Part shown: positions 50,985-60,083 of the stretch, piece after piece
Position numbering within the stretch: position 1 is the first letter of the stretch
Layout: the number at the start of each line of letters is the position of its first letter
Assembly: GCA_965226495.1 (NCBI GenBank)
Contig: OZ245365.1
Location: 1,984,001-2,048,000, forward strand
Source of the DNA: Candidatus Marinacidobacterales bacterium
Lineage (GTDB): Bacteria; Acidobacteriota; Vicinamibacteria; Marinacidobacterales; DATDRI01
Length of the DNA: 64,000 bases
Reading direction: 5' to 3'
Notes under the pieces: generated by a model
Seen by the model: only the letters and a program-made list of their open reading frames with translations
The model's database searches: none
What the model was told of the DNA's origin: nothing
Translations under genes and position numbers: made by a program

Positions 50985-52169
50985 GTGACCAGAAGGGCCT
51001 TCTCACGTGCGATCGTTATCGTCATGGACGGCGTTGGAGTCGGCGAGCTCCCCGACGCCGCCGACTACGGTGACCGAGGAACGAACACTGTCGCCCATAT
51101 CGCCACCTCTCAAAACCTGAAAGTTCCTTTTCTCGCCAGCTTGGGGCTTGCCAAGCTCGTGCCCGACCTGCAGGCGCCCGAGTCCCTCACCGGTGCTTTC
51201 GGCAAGATGAACGAGGCCTCGCCGGGTAAGGACAGCACGACCGGCCACTGGGAGATGGCCGGCATCGTCCTCGAGAAGGCTTTTCTGACCTATCCGAAAG
51301 GGTTTCCAAACGAGCTGATCGAAGAGTTCGAAGAGCAGATCGGGCGTGAGACGCTGGGAAATCGAGCCGCGAGTGGAACGGTGATCATTCAAGAGCTGGG
51401 CGAAGAGCACCGGCGAACCGGCAAGCCCATCGTGTACACCTCGGCGGACAGCGTTTTTCAAATCGCGACCCATGAAGAAGTCGTTCCGATCGATGACCTC
51501 TACAAGATGTGCCAGATCGCCTTCGACCTTGCGGTCAAGGACTACGGCGTCGCGCGGATCATTGCCCGGCCTTTCCTCGGAGACAAAGCCGGTTCGTTCG
51601 CTAGGACGTCACGGCGTCGCGACTTCGTGCCCAAAGCCCCTCGGCCCACTTTGCTCGATCGAATGGCGGAGCACGATCTCGGCGTGTTCGGCGTAGGTAA
51701 GATCGAAGATCTTTTCGCCGGTTCAGGCGTCTCGGAGGCTGTTCACACCGAGAGTAACGCGCACGGCATTGCCGAGACGTTCAATGCGATGAAAAAGTCG
51801 GACGCTGATTTCATCTTTACCAACCTCGTCGATTTCGACCAACAGTATGGGCATCGGAACGACGTCCCTGGCTTCGCCCGCGCACTCGAGGAATTAGATC
51901 AAAGTCTTCCAGGGTTGATGGCGGCGGCAAGAGATGACGACCTCGTGCTCCTCACCGCTGACCATGGCTGTGATCCAACCACGCCCTCCACCGATCATTC
52001 CCGGGAATATGTTCCGTTGTTGGCCGCTGGCAAACGGGTGCGGGCAGGGGCCGACTTGGGCATCCGCAGTAGCTTTGCGGATCTTGGACAAAGCCTGGCC
52101 GAGAACTTCGGATTGGGCCAGCTCGGGGCTGGGGAGAGTTTTCTACAGGAGCTGCTGGCGAGCCGTTGA
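50985..52169 (+). CDS. deoB: Phosphopentomutase
   Basis: VMDGVGVG, GKDSTTGHWE, YTSADSV, NLVDFD..YGHRND, TADHGCDPT, DHSRE. Confidence 0.95.
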   Translation: MTRRAFSRAIVIVMDGVGVGELPDAADYGDRGTNTVAHIATSQNLKVPFLASLGLAKLVPDLQAPESLTGAFGKMNEASPGKDSTTGHWEMAGIVLEKAFLTYPKGFPNELIEEFEEQIGRETLGNRAASGTVIIQELGEEHRRTGKPIVYTSADSVFQIATHEEVVPIDDLYKMCQIAFDLAVKDYGVARIIARPFLGDKAGSFARTSRRRDFVPKAPRPTLLDRMAEHDLGVFGVGKIEDLFAGSGVSEAVHTESNAHGIAETFNAMKKSDADFIFTNLVDFDQQYGHRNDVPGFARALEELDQSLPGLMAAARDDDLVLLTADHGCDPTTPSTDHSREYVPLLAAGKRVRAGADLGIRSSFADLGQSLAENFGLGQLGAGESFLQELLASR

Positions 52170-52294
52170 CTGGGGCCCGTGGCTTTCGCGCATGACGCAG
52201 TAAATTTCAAATGTTTTGTTCGGCTCTCGTGGTCCATTGGACGCGTTTTATTAGGCTGCCCAGCCACTTACAGGCTTTGCCCCCGCGGCCAATC

Positions 52295-52322
52295 TTGACA
52301 GCCCTGGTCGCCGTGCTATAAT
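52295..52322 (+). promoter_or_regulatory. Near-consensus sigma70 promoter of the yceD-rpmF-fab operon
   Basis: TTGACA (52295), 16 bp ending in TGc, TATAAT (52317). Confidence 0.8.
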
Positions 52323-52348
52323 GCCGGCGCTTAACCTAAGAGGCTGTT

Positions 52349-52972
52349 ATGTTTATCGACTTATCGCATGTGCCAGACGAAGGGCAAGAGGTCAAGCTCG
52401 GGGTTTCCGCCGAACAGTTGCCCATTGAAAAATCTGAGCTGCGGCTCGTAGATCGCGTCGAGCTCGCGGGCCGACTGGATCGTGTGGACAACGTGGCTTT
52501 TCGTCTGGGGGGCTCGTTCAACGCAACGGTGGAGCTTTCGTGCGTGCGCTGTTTGGAGCCACTTCGGCTCGAGTTGGATGAGTCTCTGGATCTCCTGTTT
52601 TTACCCCCGTCGGCAAACGTGGGGCCTGGTAAGCCTGATAAGCCTGATAAGCCTGATAACCCTCACAGGCCTGATAAGCCAGGTAGGGCCAGTAAGTCTA
52701 GCAGGTCCAGTAAGCCTGGCCGGCGGGACGAAGAGGGGGAGCTGAAGGATGAGGACCTCGCCGTCAGTTTCTACCAAGATGACAAGATCGATGTGGGTCT
52801 CTTGATAAGGGAGCAGGTTTATCTGGCTCTCCCGATGAAACCCATCTGCCGTGACGACTGCCAGGGCTTGTGCTCGGGGTGTGGCACGAACCTGAACTCG
52901 TCTTCCTGCAACTGTGCCCGTGAGGCAGTGGATCCTGGACTGGCCAGTCTCAAGACGCTCTTGAAGTTGTAA
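52349..52972 (+). CDS. yceD: YceD/DUF177 family protein with low-complexity insertion
   Basis: CVRCL, LALPMKPIC..DC.GLC..CG.NLN...C.C; precedes rpmF. Confidence 0.9.
   Translation: MFIDLSHVPDEGQEVKLGVSAEQLPIEKSELRLVDRVELAGRLDRVDNVAFRLGGSFNATVELSCVRCLEPLRLELDESLDLLFLPPSANVGPGKPDKPDKPDNPHRPDKPGRASKSSRSSKPGRRDEEGELKDEDLAVSFYQDDKIDVGLLIREQVYLALPMKPICRDDCQGLCSGCGTNLNSSSCNCAREAVDPGLASLKTLLKL
52625..52723 (+). repeat. Degenerate 9-bp tandem array (CCTGATAAG-like, about 11 units) within yceD
   Basis: cctggtaag cctgataag cctgataag cctgataac cctcacagg cctgataag ccaggtagg gccagtaag tctagcagg tccagtaag cctggccgg. Confidence 0.9.
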
Positions 52973-53063
52973 TTGCCCGGCGGGGGGGCTCGACGTCACC
53001 CTGGCCGAAGAGATACGCGAGCAGTTCGTACAAGCTAGCTCGCCTCGAAAGGAGTTTACCGAA

Positions 53064-53246
53064 ATGCCGAATCCGAAACGGCGTCACTCGAAGAGTCGGC
53101 GCGACAAGCGGCGGACGCATGATGCTCTCGCCCAATGCGCTCGGTCTGAGTGTCCAAACTGCCATCAGCCGAAACTTCCTCACCGGGTGTGCCCAAGTTG
53201 TGGCTACTACAAAGGGAGCGCGGTCATGGAGGTCAAGGAAGCATAG
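53064..53246 (+). CDS. rpmF: 50S ribosomal protein L32 (Zn-binding form)
   Basis: MPNPKRRHSKSRRDKRR, CPNC...PHRVCPSCGYY. Confidence 0.97.
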   Translation: MPNPKRRHSKSRRDKRRTHDALAQCARSECPNCHQPKLPHRVCPSCGYYKGSAVMEVKEA

Positions 53247-53282
53247 GCCAATCGGCTTTTCCGAGCGAGGCGGCTTCCCGTC

Positions 53283-54296
53283 GTGACGAATTGGACGATC
53301 GCCGTGGACGCGATGGGTGGCGACTTTGCGCCCCGAAACATTGTGCAAGGAGCCATTGCCGCACGGCGGGAGTACGGCGTCGCTCTGGCGCTGGTGGGCC
53401 GCGAGGCTGAGCTGCACCGGGAGCTTGGACCAGAGGCCCGCGAGATCGAGATCGTGGATGCGCCGGAGGTCGTGGCGATGGACGAGCCGGCCCTCACCCC
53501 GATTCGAAAGAAGAAAAAGTCTTCGATTCGAGTGGCGGCGGAAATGGTGAAAGAAGGCCGTGCCGCGGGCTTTGTCTCTGCCGGGAACACCGGCGCCTCC
53601 ATGGCGACCGCCAAGTTGATCTGGGGGTGCCTGGAGGGAGTCGATCGACCGGCCCTGGCGACCGTTTTGCCTAGCGCGACAGGAGTATCGGTGCTTCTCG
53701 ATGCCGGTGCCAACGTGGAATGTCGCCCCGAGCATTTGGTGCAGTTCGCGGTAATGGGCCACGTTTATGCCAAGGCGGTGCTGAAGATCGACAGCCCTCG
53801 CGTCGGCCTGATGTCGATCGGGGAAGAGGACCTGAAAGGAAACGATCTAACGCGCGAGGCGTACCGGGTGTTGAAGGAAAGCCGACTCATTAAATTTATC
53901 GGCAACGTCGAAGGTCGACACGTCTTCAGCGGAGACGCGGATGTTATCGTGACCGACGGTTTCACCGGTAACGTTGCGCTCAAGGTTAGCGAAGCGGTGG
54001 CGGAAGCTTTGAGGCTGATGATTCGGCAAGAAATGACTCGCACCATGTTTTCGCGTCTCGCATATTTCGTCTCGCGGTCCGCCCTCGCCCGTTTCGAGAA
54101 ACGTGTCGACTACGGGGAGTACGGCGGAGCACCGCTTCTTGGTCTCAATGCGGTGGCCATCATTTGCCATGGGAGAAGCTCTTCGAAGGCGGTCAAGAAC
54201 GCCATTCGTGTGGCGCACGATTTCATCAGTCGCGGGAGCAATGAGCGAATCAACGAGGGGATCCGGGAGCTGGCGAGTGTGGGGCAGCAGGCGTGA
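53283..54296 (+). CDS. plsX: Phosphate acyltransferase PlsX
   Basis: IAVDAMGGDFAP, SAGNTGA, RPAL, LDAGAN, DGFTGN..LK, GGAPLLG, HGRS. Confidence 0.96.
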   Translation: MTNWTIAVDAMGGDFAPRNIVQGAIAARREYGVALALVGREAELHRELGPEAREIEIVDAPEVVAMDEPALTPIRKKKKSSIRVAAEMVKEGRAAGFVSAGNTGASMATAKLIWGCLEGVDRPALATVLPSATGVSVLLDAGANVECRPEHLVQFAVMGHVYAKAVLKIDSPRVGLMSIGEEDLKGNDLTREAYRVLKESRLIKFIGNVEGRHVFSGDADVIVTDGFTGNVALKVSEAVAEALRLMIRQEMTRTMFSRLAYFVSRSALARFEKRVDYGEYGGAPLLGLNAVAIICHGRSSSKAVKNAIRVAHDFISRGSNERINEGIRELASVGQQA

Positions 54297-54301
54297 GCGG
54301 C

Positions 54302-55240
54302 ATGAGCAAACTGGCGTTGATTTTTCCCGGGCAAGGCTCCCAGCAGGTAGGTATGGGCAGAGCGGTCGCGGAGGCACATCCCGAAGCGAGAGAAGTCTTC
54401 GAGTCAGCTGATGCGACGTTGAATTTCTCCCTCTCCAAACTTTGCTTCGACGGCCCGGCCGACCAGTTGAAGCTCACCGAGAATACACAGCCAGCCATTC
54501 TTGCGACCAGCACCGCACTCTACAGGGTGTTGGCGGCACACGGCATCAAGCCCGATTTTGTGGCTGGGCACAGCCTGGGCGAGTACTCGGCGTTGGTCGC
54601 GGCCGGATGTCTCCGTTTCGAAGACGCTGTGATCTTGGTGCGGAACCGGGGGCGGTACATGCAAGAGGCGGTGCCGGTCGGCGAAGGGGCGATGGCTGCG
54701 ATCCTCGGTTTGACGTTGCGCGAGGTCGAGGCGCTTTGTGAAGAAGTGGCGGAAGGGGAAGTCGTCGAGCCAGCGAACCTCAACGGGCCGGGCCAGATCG
54801 TGATTGCCGGTCATAATGCGGCGGTGAATCGCGCCGCGGAAGCGGCGAAAGGTCGAGGCGCGAAGCGGGCCATTCTCCTTCCGGTGAGCGCTCCCTTTCA
54901 CTGCCAGCTGATGAAGCCTGCTCAGGATCGTCTGGAACGAGATTTTGCCGAGGCTACTTTTTCGGATCCGCGAGTGCCCGTGATCTCCAACGTGGATGCA
55001 GCGCCGGTGCGAACTGCCGAACAGGTGCAGGACGCGCTGACCAGGCAGGTGGCTTCTCCAGTTCGCTGGGAGGAATCGGTTCGTACGTTGGTGGAAGAAG
55101 GCGTGAATCAGTTCGTGGAGGTGGGACCCGGAAAAGTCCTAACCGGGCTGGTGCGCAAGATCTCGAAAGACGTGCGAGTCGCATCGGTGGAAGACCCGAG
55201 CGGCGTCGAGACACTGTTGGCCGAGGTGGCGAGTGGCTGA
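54302..55240 (+). CDS. fabD: Malonyl-CoA:ACP transacylase
   Basis: [29 protein letters not shown]; alternative start GTG 54293. Confidence 0.96.
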   Translation: MSKLALIFPGQGSQQVGMGRAVAEAHPEAREVFESADATLNFSLSKLCFDGPADQLKLTENTQPAILATSTALYRVLAAHGIKPDFVAGHSLGEYSALVAAGCLRFEDAVILVRNRGRYMQEAVPVGEGAMAAILGLTLREVEALCEEVAEGEVVEPANLNGPGQIVIAGHNAAVNRAAEAAKGRGAKRAILLPVSAPFHCQLMKPAQDRLERDFAEATFSDPRVPVISNVDAAPVRTAEQVQDALTRQVASPVRWEESVRTLVEEGVNQFVEVGPGKVLTGLVRKISKDVRVASVEDPSGVETLLAEVASG

Positions 55241-55976
55241 GCTCGAGGGCAAGGTAGCCCTGGTGACTGGTGGCAGTCGGGGCATAGGTCGGTCGGTCGC
55301 TTCACGTCTCGCCATAGAAGGGGCACACGTGATCGTGACCGGACGTGACGCCGAGCGAGCCCGTCAGACGGCGGAGGAATTATCGTCCGATGGTGGTCGA
55401 GTTCAAGGCATGGCTATGGATGTCTCGGATCGGTCCGCAGTGGGTGCTGGTTTCGAGACGGTACTGGGGGAGCAGAAACGCCTGGACATATTGGTGAACA
55501 ATGCAGGCATTACCCGGGACAACCTTCTTCTCCGGATGAAACCGGAGGAATGGGATGCCGTAATTGCCACGAACGTCAACGGGCTTTATTATTGCTGCCA
55601 GGCCGCCTTGCGGCCGATGATTCGTCAGCGATACGGGCGCATCGTGAACATGAGCTCGGTGGTAGGACTGACGGGCAATGCCGGCCAGACCAACTATGCG
55701 GCCTCCAAGGCGGCCATCCTCGGGTTCACCCGATCGCTGGCGCGAGAAGTCGCATCCCGAAACGTGACGGTCAACGCGGTGGCGCCTGGCTATATTGCCA
55801 CCGATATGACGGAGGATCTATCCGATCAAGTCAAGCAAGAGCTCTCGGCATCCATCCCGCTGGGGCGCATCGGGCAGCCGGAAGATGTCGCCGCATGCGT
55901 AGCTTTTCTGGTATCCGAGGGCGCTAGCTATCTGACTGGTCAAGTCTTGCAGGTCAACGGCGGCCTGTACATGTAG
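55233..55976 (+). CDS. fabG: 3-oxoacyl-ACP reductase
   Basis: [26 protein letters not shown]. Confidence 0.96.
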   Translation: MAELEGKVALVTGGSRGIGRSVASRLAIEGAHVIVTGRDAERARQTAEELSSDGGRVQGMAMDVSDRSAVGAGFETVLGEQKRLDILVNNAGITRDNLLLRMKPEEWDAVIATNVNGLYYCCQAALRPMIRQRYGRIVNMSSVVGLTGNAGQTNYAASKAAILGFTRSLAREVASRNVTVNAVAPGYIATDMTEDLSDQVKQELSASIPLGRIGQPEDVAACVAFLVSEGASYLTGQVLQVNGGLYM

Positions 55977-55978
55977 AT

Positions 55979-55987
55979 TGTTATAAT
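55979..55987 (+). promoter_or_regulatory. Internal extended -10 promoter for acpP
   Basis: TGtTATAAT followed by AAGGAGG RBS. Confidence 0.55.
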
Positions 55988-56018
55988 CAACGTTGCTGAA
56001 TCTTAAGGAGGGGATCGA

Positions 56019-56255
56019 ATGAGTATTCCAGAAAAAGTGAAGGGTATTATCGTGGATCAATTGGGAGTCGAAGAGGAGCAAGTGGTTCTGGACGCGTCCT
56101 TCGTGGATGATTTAGGCGCGGACTCTCTCGATCAGGTCGAGTTGGTGATGGCCTTGGAGGAAGAGTTCGGTCTCGAGATCCCGGACGAGGACGCGGAGAA
56201 GATCACTCGAGTCAAGGAAGCGGTAACTTACATCGAAGGACATGCCAAGAAATAA
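56019..56255 (+). CDS. acpP: Acyl carrier protein
   Basis: [19 protein letters not shown]. Confidence 0.97.
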   Translation: MSIPEKVKGIIVDQLGVEEEQVVLDASFVDDLGADSLDQVELVMALEEEFGLEIPDEDAEKITRVKEAVTYIEGHAKK

Positions 56256-56276
56256 AAGAGCGGCCGGAGCTGTGGC

Positions 56277-57527
56277 GTGACGCGACGGGTTGTCATAACA
56301 GGGGTGGGCCTGGTGTCCGCGGTGGGCATAGGTACCCGTGAGACTTGGACCGCCCTGCTGGAGGGTAAGAACGGCGTCGCGCCGGTGACCCATTTCGATG
56401 CTTCTGCGTTTTCCTGTCGTATTGCGGGCGAAGTGAAGAATTTCGATCCGCTCCAGTACGTCGAGAAGAAGGAAGTAAAGAAGATGGACGTCTTCATCCA
56501 GTATGCTCTGGCGGCTTCCACGTTTGCGATGGCCGACTCCGGCCTGAAGGTGACCGCGGAGAACGCCGATCGGATGGGGGTCTTCATCGCCTCCGGCATC
56601 GGCGGATTCGCAACCATCGAGCGGGAGCACCGAAACCTGCTCGAGGGAGGGCCACGTAAGATTTCGCCGTTTTTCATTCCCGCCTGCATCATCAACATGG
56701 CCGCCGGACAAGTGTCCATCCGCTTCGGCGCCAAGGGGCCGAACTCCGCGACCGCAACGGCATGTTCTGCCAGCTCTCACGCGATCGGTGACGCGGTCGA
56801 GATCATTCGACGAGGAGACGCGGATGCAATGATCGCCGGTGGTTCGGAGGCCGCGATCACTCCTATGGGCATCGGTGGCTTTGCCGCGATGCGCGCCTTG
56901 TCTACGCGGAACGACGAGCCGGAGAGGGCATCCCGGCCCTTCGATAAAGATAGGGACGGGTTCGTGGTCGGGGAAGGGGCGGGAGTCGTCGTGCTCGAGA
57001 CCCTGGATGGAGCGCTCTCCCGTGGAGCAACCATCTATGCCGAGGTCGTCGGCTATGGCATGACCTCCGACGCGTACCACATCACCGCCCCCTCGAAGGA
57101 TGGGGACGGCGCGACCAGGGTGATGCAACGAGCTCTCGAAGCCGCCAAGGTTCGGCCGGAGCAGGTGGATTACATCAACGCGCACGGTACATCGACTCCG
57201 TACAACGATCGCACGGAATCGATGGCCATCAAGAGAGTGTTCGGCGATCACGCTCATAAGCTGGCCGTGAGCTCGACGAAGTCCATGACTGGCCACCTCC
57301 TTGGTGGGGCCGGAGGCTTGGAGGCTGGTATCGCAGCGCTTGCGGTCAAGGAGCAGATCATCCCGCCGACGGCGAATTACGAGACACCCGATCCGGATTG
57401 CGATTTAGACTACGTGCCCGGACAAGCTCGACCGGCGGAGTTACGATATGTACTCTCCAACTCTTTCGGCTTTGGGGGGACGAACGCCGCGTTGGTTTTT
57501 AAGCGGTACGAGGGAGGGACGCCTTGA
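56277..57527 (+). CDS. fabF: Beta-ketoacyl-ACP synthase II
   Basis: [37 protein letters not shown]. Confidence 0.97.
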   Translation: MTRRVVITGVGLVSAVGIGTRETWTALLEGKNGVAPVTHFDASAFSCRIAGEVKNFDPLQYVEKKEVKKMDVFIQYALAASTFAMADSGLKVTAENADRMGVFIASGIGGFATIEREHRNLLEGGPRKISPFFIPACIINMAAGQVSIRFGAKGPNSATATACSASSHAIGDAVEIIRRGDADAMIAGGSEAAITPMGIGGFAAMRALSTRNDEPERASRPFDKDRDGFVVGEGAGVVVLETLDGALSRGATIYAEVVGYGMTSDAYHITAPSKDGDGATRVMQRALEAAKVRPEQVDYINAHGTSTPYNDRTESMAIKRVFGDHAHKLAVSSTKSMTGHLLGGAGGLEAGIAALAVKEQIIPPTANYETPDPDCDLDYVPGQARPAELRYVLSNSFGFGGTNAALVFKRYEGGTP

Positions 57528-57539
57528 GATTCGGAGGGA

Positions 57540-58610
57540 GTGATTAGCTCCCCGCGCTCGACCGGCGTCGTCTATACTCCTCGGTTCAAAGAGCATCGAA
57601 CCGGTGACGGACATCCCGAGAGTCCGGCTCGCATGGACGCAGCGGCCCGTGCTGTAGCAGCACCGAACCTCGCCGAAAAGCTCACCGCCCTTGAGCCTCG
57701 TGTCGCGGAGCGAGAGGAAGTGCTTCTCGTTCACACTCAGCGCCACTTCGACGAAGTCATGGAGACGCGAGGCCAAGAACAAACCTACCTCGACAACGAT
57801 ACGGTCACGTCGCCAGAATCAGCGGACACGGCTTTGCTGGCGGTAGGGAGCGTCCTCTCTGCCGTGGATGCGGTGATGGGTGGGGAAGTGAACAACGCGT
57901 TCGCCTTTGTGCGTCCGCCCGGACACCACGCCAAGCCTGACAAGGCCATGGGCTTTTGCCTTTTCAACAACATCTCGGTCGCCGCACTGCATGCCATCCG
58001 GACGCGTGACTTGGAAAGGGTTTTGATCGTCGATTTCGACTTACATCATGGCAACGGAACGCAGAAGGCCTTCTACACTTCCCCCGAAGTCCTATACGTA
58101 TCCACCCACCAGTGGCCCCACTATCCTGGCACCGGTTCCCTGGAAGAGACCGGCAGGGAAGCGGGAGAGGGCTTCACGCTCAATGCTCCGATGCCGGCGG
58201 GAATGGGTGACGCTGAGTATCTGTCGATCTTCCGGTCGATCATCGGACCGGTCGCACGCGAGTACGCTCCCCAACTGGTGTTGGTCTCCGCTGGGTTCGA
58301 CGCGTATTTCAAAGATCCCTTGGGAAGCATGGGGCTTACCGAGCGGGGATACGCGGCCTTGACGCGAGAGATTCTCTCCATTGCCGATGTCACCTGTGGA
58401 GGTAAGGCGGTGTTCGCACTCGAGGGAGGGTATCATTTGCCAGGCCTCGAGCAGTCGATCGTTTCCGTACTGGAGGTTATGGCCGGTTTTTCCCAGGGCG
58501 AAGAGAATTTCGAGCCGGCGAGTCAAGCCAAGTTCGACAAGCAGGCTAAGCCCTTGATGACCGCCATCCGTGAGACCCACAGCCGTTTCTGGAAGTCGCT
58601 CTCCGAGTAG
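57540..58610 (+). CDS. Zn-dependent histone deacetylase family (HDAH/APAH-like) amidohydrolase
   Basis: HPESPAR, RPPGHHA, GFCLFNN, DFDLHHGNGT, SAGFD, LEGGY. Confidence 0.93.
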   Translation: MISSPRSTGVVYTPRFKEHRTGDGHPESPARMDAAARAVAAPNLAEKLTALEPRVAEREEVLLVHTQRHFDEVMETRGQEQTYLDNDTVTSPESADTALLAVGSVLSAVDAVMGGEVNNAFAFVRPPGHHAKPDKAMGFCLFNNISVAALHAIRTRDLERVLIVDFDLHHGNGTQKAFYTSPEVLYVSTHQWPHYPGTGSLEETGREAGEGFTLNAPMPAGMGDAEYLSIFRSIIGPVAREYAPQLVLVSAGFDAYFKDPLGSMGLTERGYAALTREILSIADVTCGGKAVFALEGGYHLPGLEQSIVSVLEVMAGFSQGEENFEPASQAKFDKQAKPLMTAIRETHSRFWKSLSE

Positions 58611-58714
58611 GTTCACCCGCTCTAGGGCACTGGACAGCGATTACCCAAAACTTGCGAGAATTGAGGACGGGGAGTAGAGTCGATCATGCACTCGACGTGC
58701 GGTAGACGTTTTTC

Positions 58715-59773
58715 ATGACCTCCGAAAGTTCTGCGCTGGCGGGTGTCCTCTCCCAGCAAACCCAGGAAGGCGAGCTCTACGAGAAACTGCCCGGCGATAG
58801 GGTTCGTTGTTTTTCCTGCGGTCACCGTTGTCTGATTCCCAACGGCAGGCTCGGAATCTGCAAAGTGCGCTTCAATCAAGAAGGCGCTCTGATGGTGCCC
58901 TGGGGCTATGTGGGAGCGCTTCAATGCGACCCTATCGAGAAAAAGCCTTTCTTCCATGCCATGCCAGGGACCGACGCGCTGTCGTTCGGTATGCTGGGGT
59001 GCGACTTCCACTGCAGCTATTGCCAGAATTGGTTAACGTCACAAGCATTGCGCGACCCGCGCGCGGTGTCTGCACCGAAGAGTTGCACGAGTGAGGAGCT
59101 GGTTGGGTTGGCCCGCCGCTACGGTGCGAGCACTCTGGCGAGCACCTACAACGAACCCTTGATCACGAGTGAATGGGCGGTCGACGTTTTTCGTCGCGCC
59201 AGGCCGGCGGGATTCCGCTGCGCCTACATCTCGAACGGCAACGGGACGCCAGAAGTCTTGAAGTACATTCGCCCTTACGTCGATCTTTTCAAAGTGGACC
59301 TTAAGAGTTTCCGAGATAAGAACTATCGAGAGCTCGGCGGGATTCTGAATAATGTCTTGGAAACGATCGAATCGGCCAAGGGAATGGGATTTTGGGTCGA
59401 GGTCGTCACTCTGGTCGTCCCCGGTTTCAACGATTCCGACGAGGAGCTGCGAGACATCGCATCCTTTCTATCTTCCGTTTCGACCGATATTCCTTGGCAC
59501 GTCACCGCCTTCCACAAGGAGTACAAGATGACCGGGCCCGACAACACGACGACCGAAGTCCTCTTGCGAGCCGCGGAGATCGGAGCCTCGGAGGGGCTGT
59601 CCTTTGTCTATGCAGGCAACCTTCCCGGGCATGTCGGCCGTTGGGAGAATACGTTTTGCCCCGGATGTGAAGAGCTGGTCATCGAGCGGGTCGGTTATAC
59701 AATTCTCAAGAACACCCTGCAGAATGGGAAGTGCCCGAGCTGCCAGCTCGCCGTACCTGGCGTCTGGGCGTAG
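58715..59773 (+). CDS. amrS: AmmeMemoRadiSam system radical SAM enzyme
   Basis: N-terminal C..C..RC...G.C, DPIEKKP, GCDFHCSYCQNW (CxxxCxxC), YNEP, PWHVTAFH, C-terminal CPGC/CPSC. Confidence 0.92.
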   Translation: MTSESSALAGVLSQQTQEGELYEKLPGDRVRCFSCGHRCLIPNGRLGICKVRFNQEGALMVPWGYVGALQCDPIEKKPFFHAMPGTDALSFGMLGCDFHCSYCQNWLTSQALRDPRAVSAPKSCTSEELVGLARRYGASTLASTYNEPLITSEWAVDVFRRARPAGFRCAYISNGNGTPEVLKYIRPYVDLFKVDLKSFRDKNYRELGGILNNVLETIESAKGMGFWVEVVTLVVPGFNDSDEELRDIASFLSSVSTDIPWHVTAFHKEYKMTGPDNTTTEVLLRAAEIGASEGLSFVYAGNLPGHVGRWENTFCPGCEELVIERVGYTILKNTLQNGKCPSCQLAVPGVWA

Positions 59774-59777
59774 GGGC

Positions 59778-59878
59778 GCTATTTCTCGGCGCCAAAGGGG
59801 CGAGTTGCCAGTGTCAGTCTAGCCAGGGCGCCCCTGCTGGCGGCCAAGATAGCCAGTTGCCCAAATCGGGCTAGACCG
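59778..59878 (+). repeat. Family C motif pair (site 2) within an imperfect inverted repeat after amrS
   Basis: GTTGCC motifs at 59804 and 59856; GCTAT..CGCCA..GGGGCG / CGCCCC..TGGCG..ATAGC arms. Confidence 0.55.
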
Positions 59879-59889
59879 GCGGCCGTTCA

Positions 59890-59918
59890 TTGACAGCCTC
59901 CTCCAGAAGGCCCAGAAT
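59890..59918 (+). promoter_or_regulatory. Putative promoter upstream of the tandem repeat and VOC gene
   Basis: TTGACA, 17 bp, CAGAAT. Confidence 0.5.
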
Positions 59919-59940
59919 TACAGCGTTTGCCCCGCAGATT

Positions 59941-60056
59941 TTGCTGGGCGTCCAGTAGGCGTCGGTTGCCGCTATCGAGCGCGTCAGGACGCGGCCCGTT
60001 GAACTTGCTGGGCGTCCGGTAGGCGTCGGTTGCCGCTATCGAGCGCGTCAGGACGC
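59941..60056 (+). repeat. Direct repeat, 2 x 52 bp (period 64, one mismatch); each copy is self-complementary
   Basis: TTGCTGGGCGTCC(A/G)GTAGGCGTCGGTTGCCGCTATCGAGCGCGTCAGGACGC at 59941 and 60005. Confidence 0.95.
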
Positions 60057-60083
60057 CGGTCGATTGTGACAGGGAGGGCCACG

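Noticed and set aside
59941-60056. Possible mini-CRISPR array or hammerhead ribozyme
   Set aside because: Only two 52-bp copies with a 12-bp gap and no cas genes. The minus strand has CUGACGC, not CUGANGA, and lacks the GAAA core.
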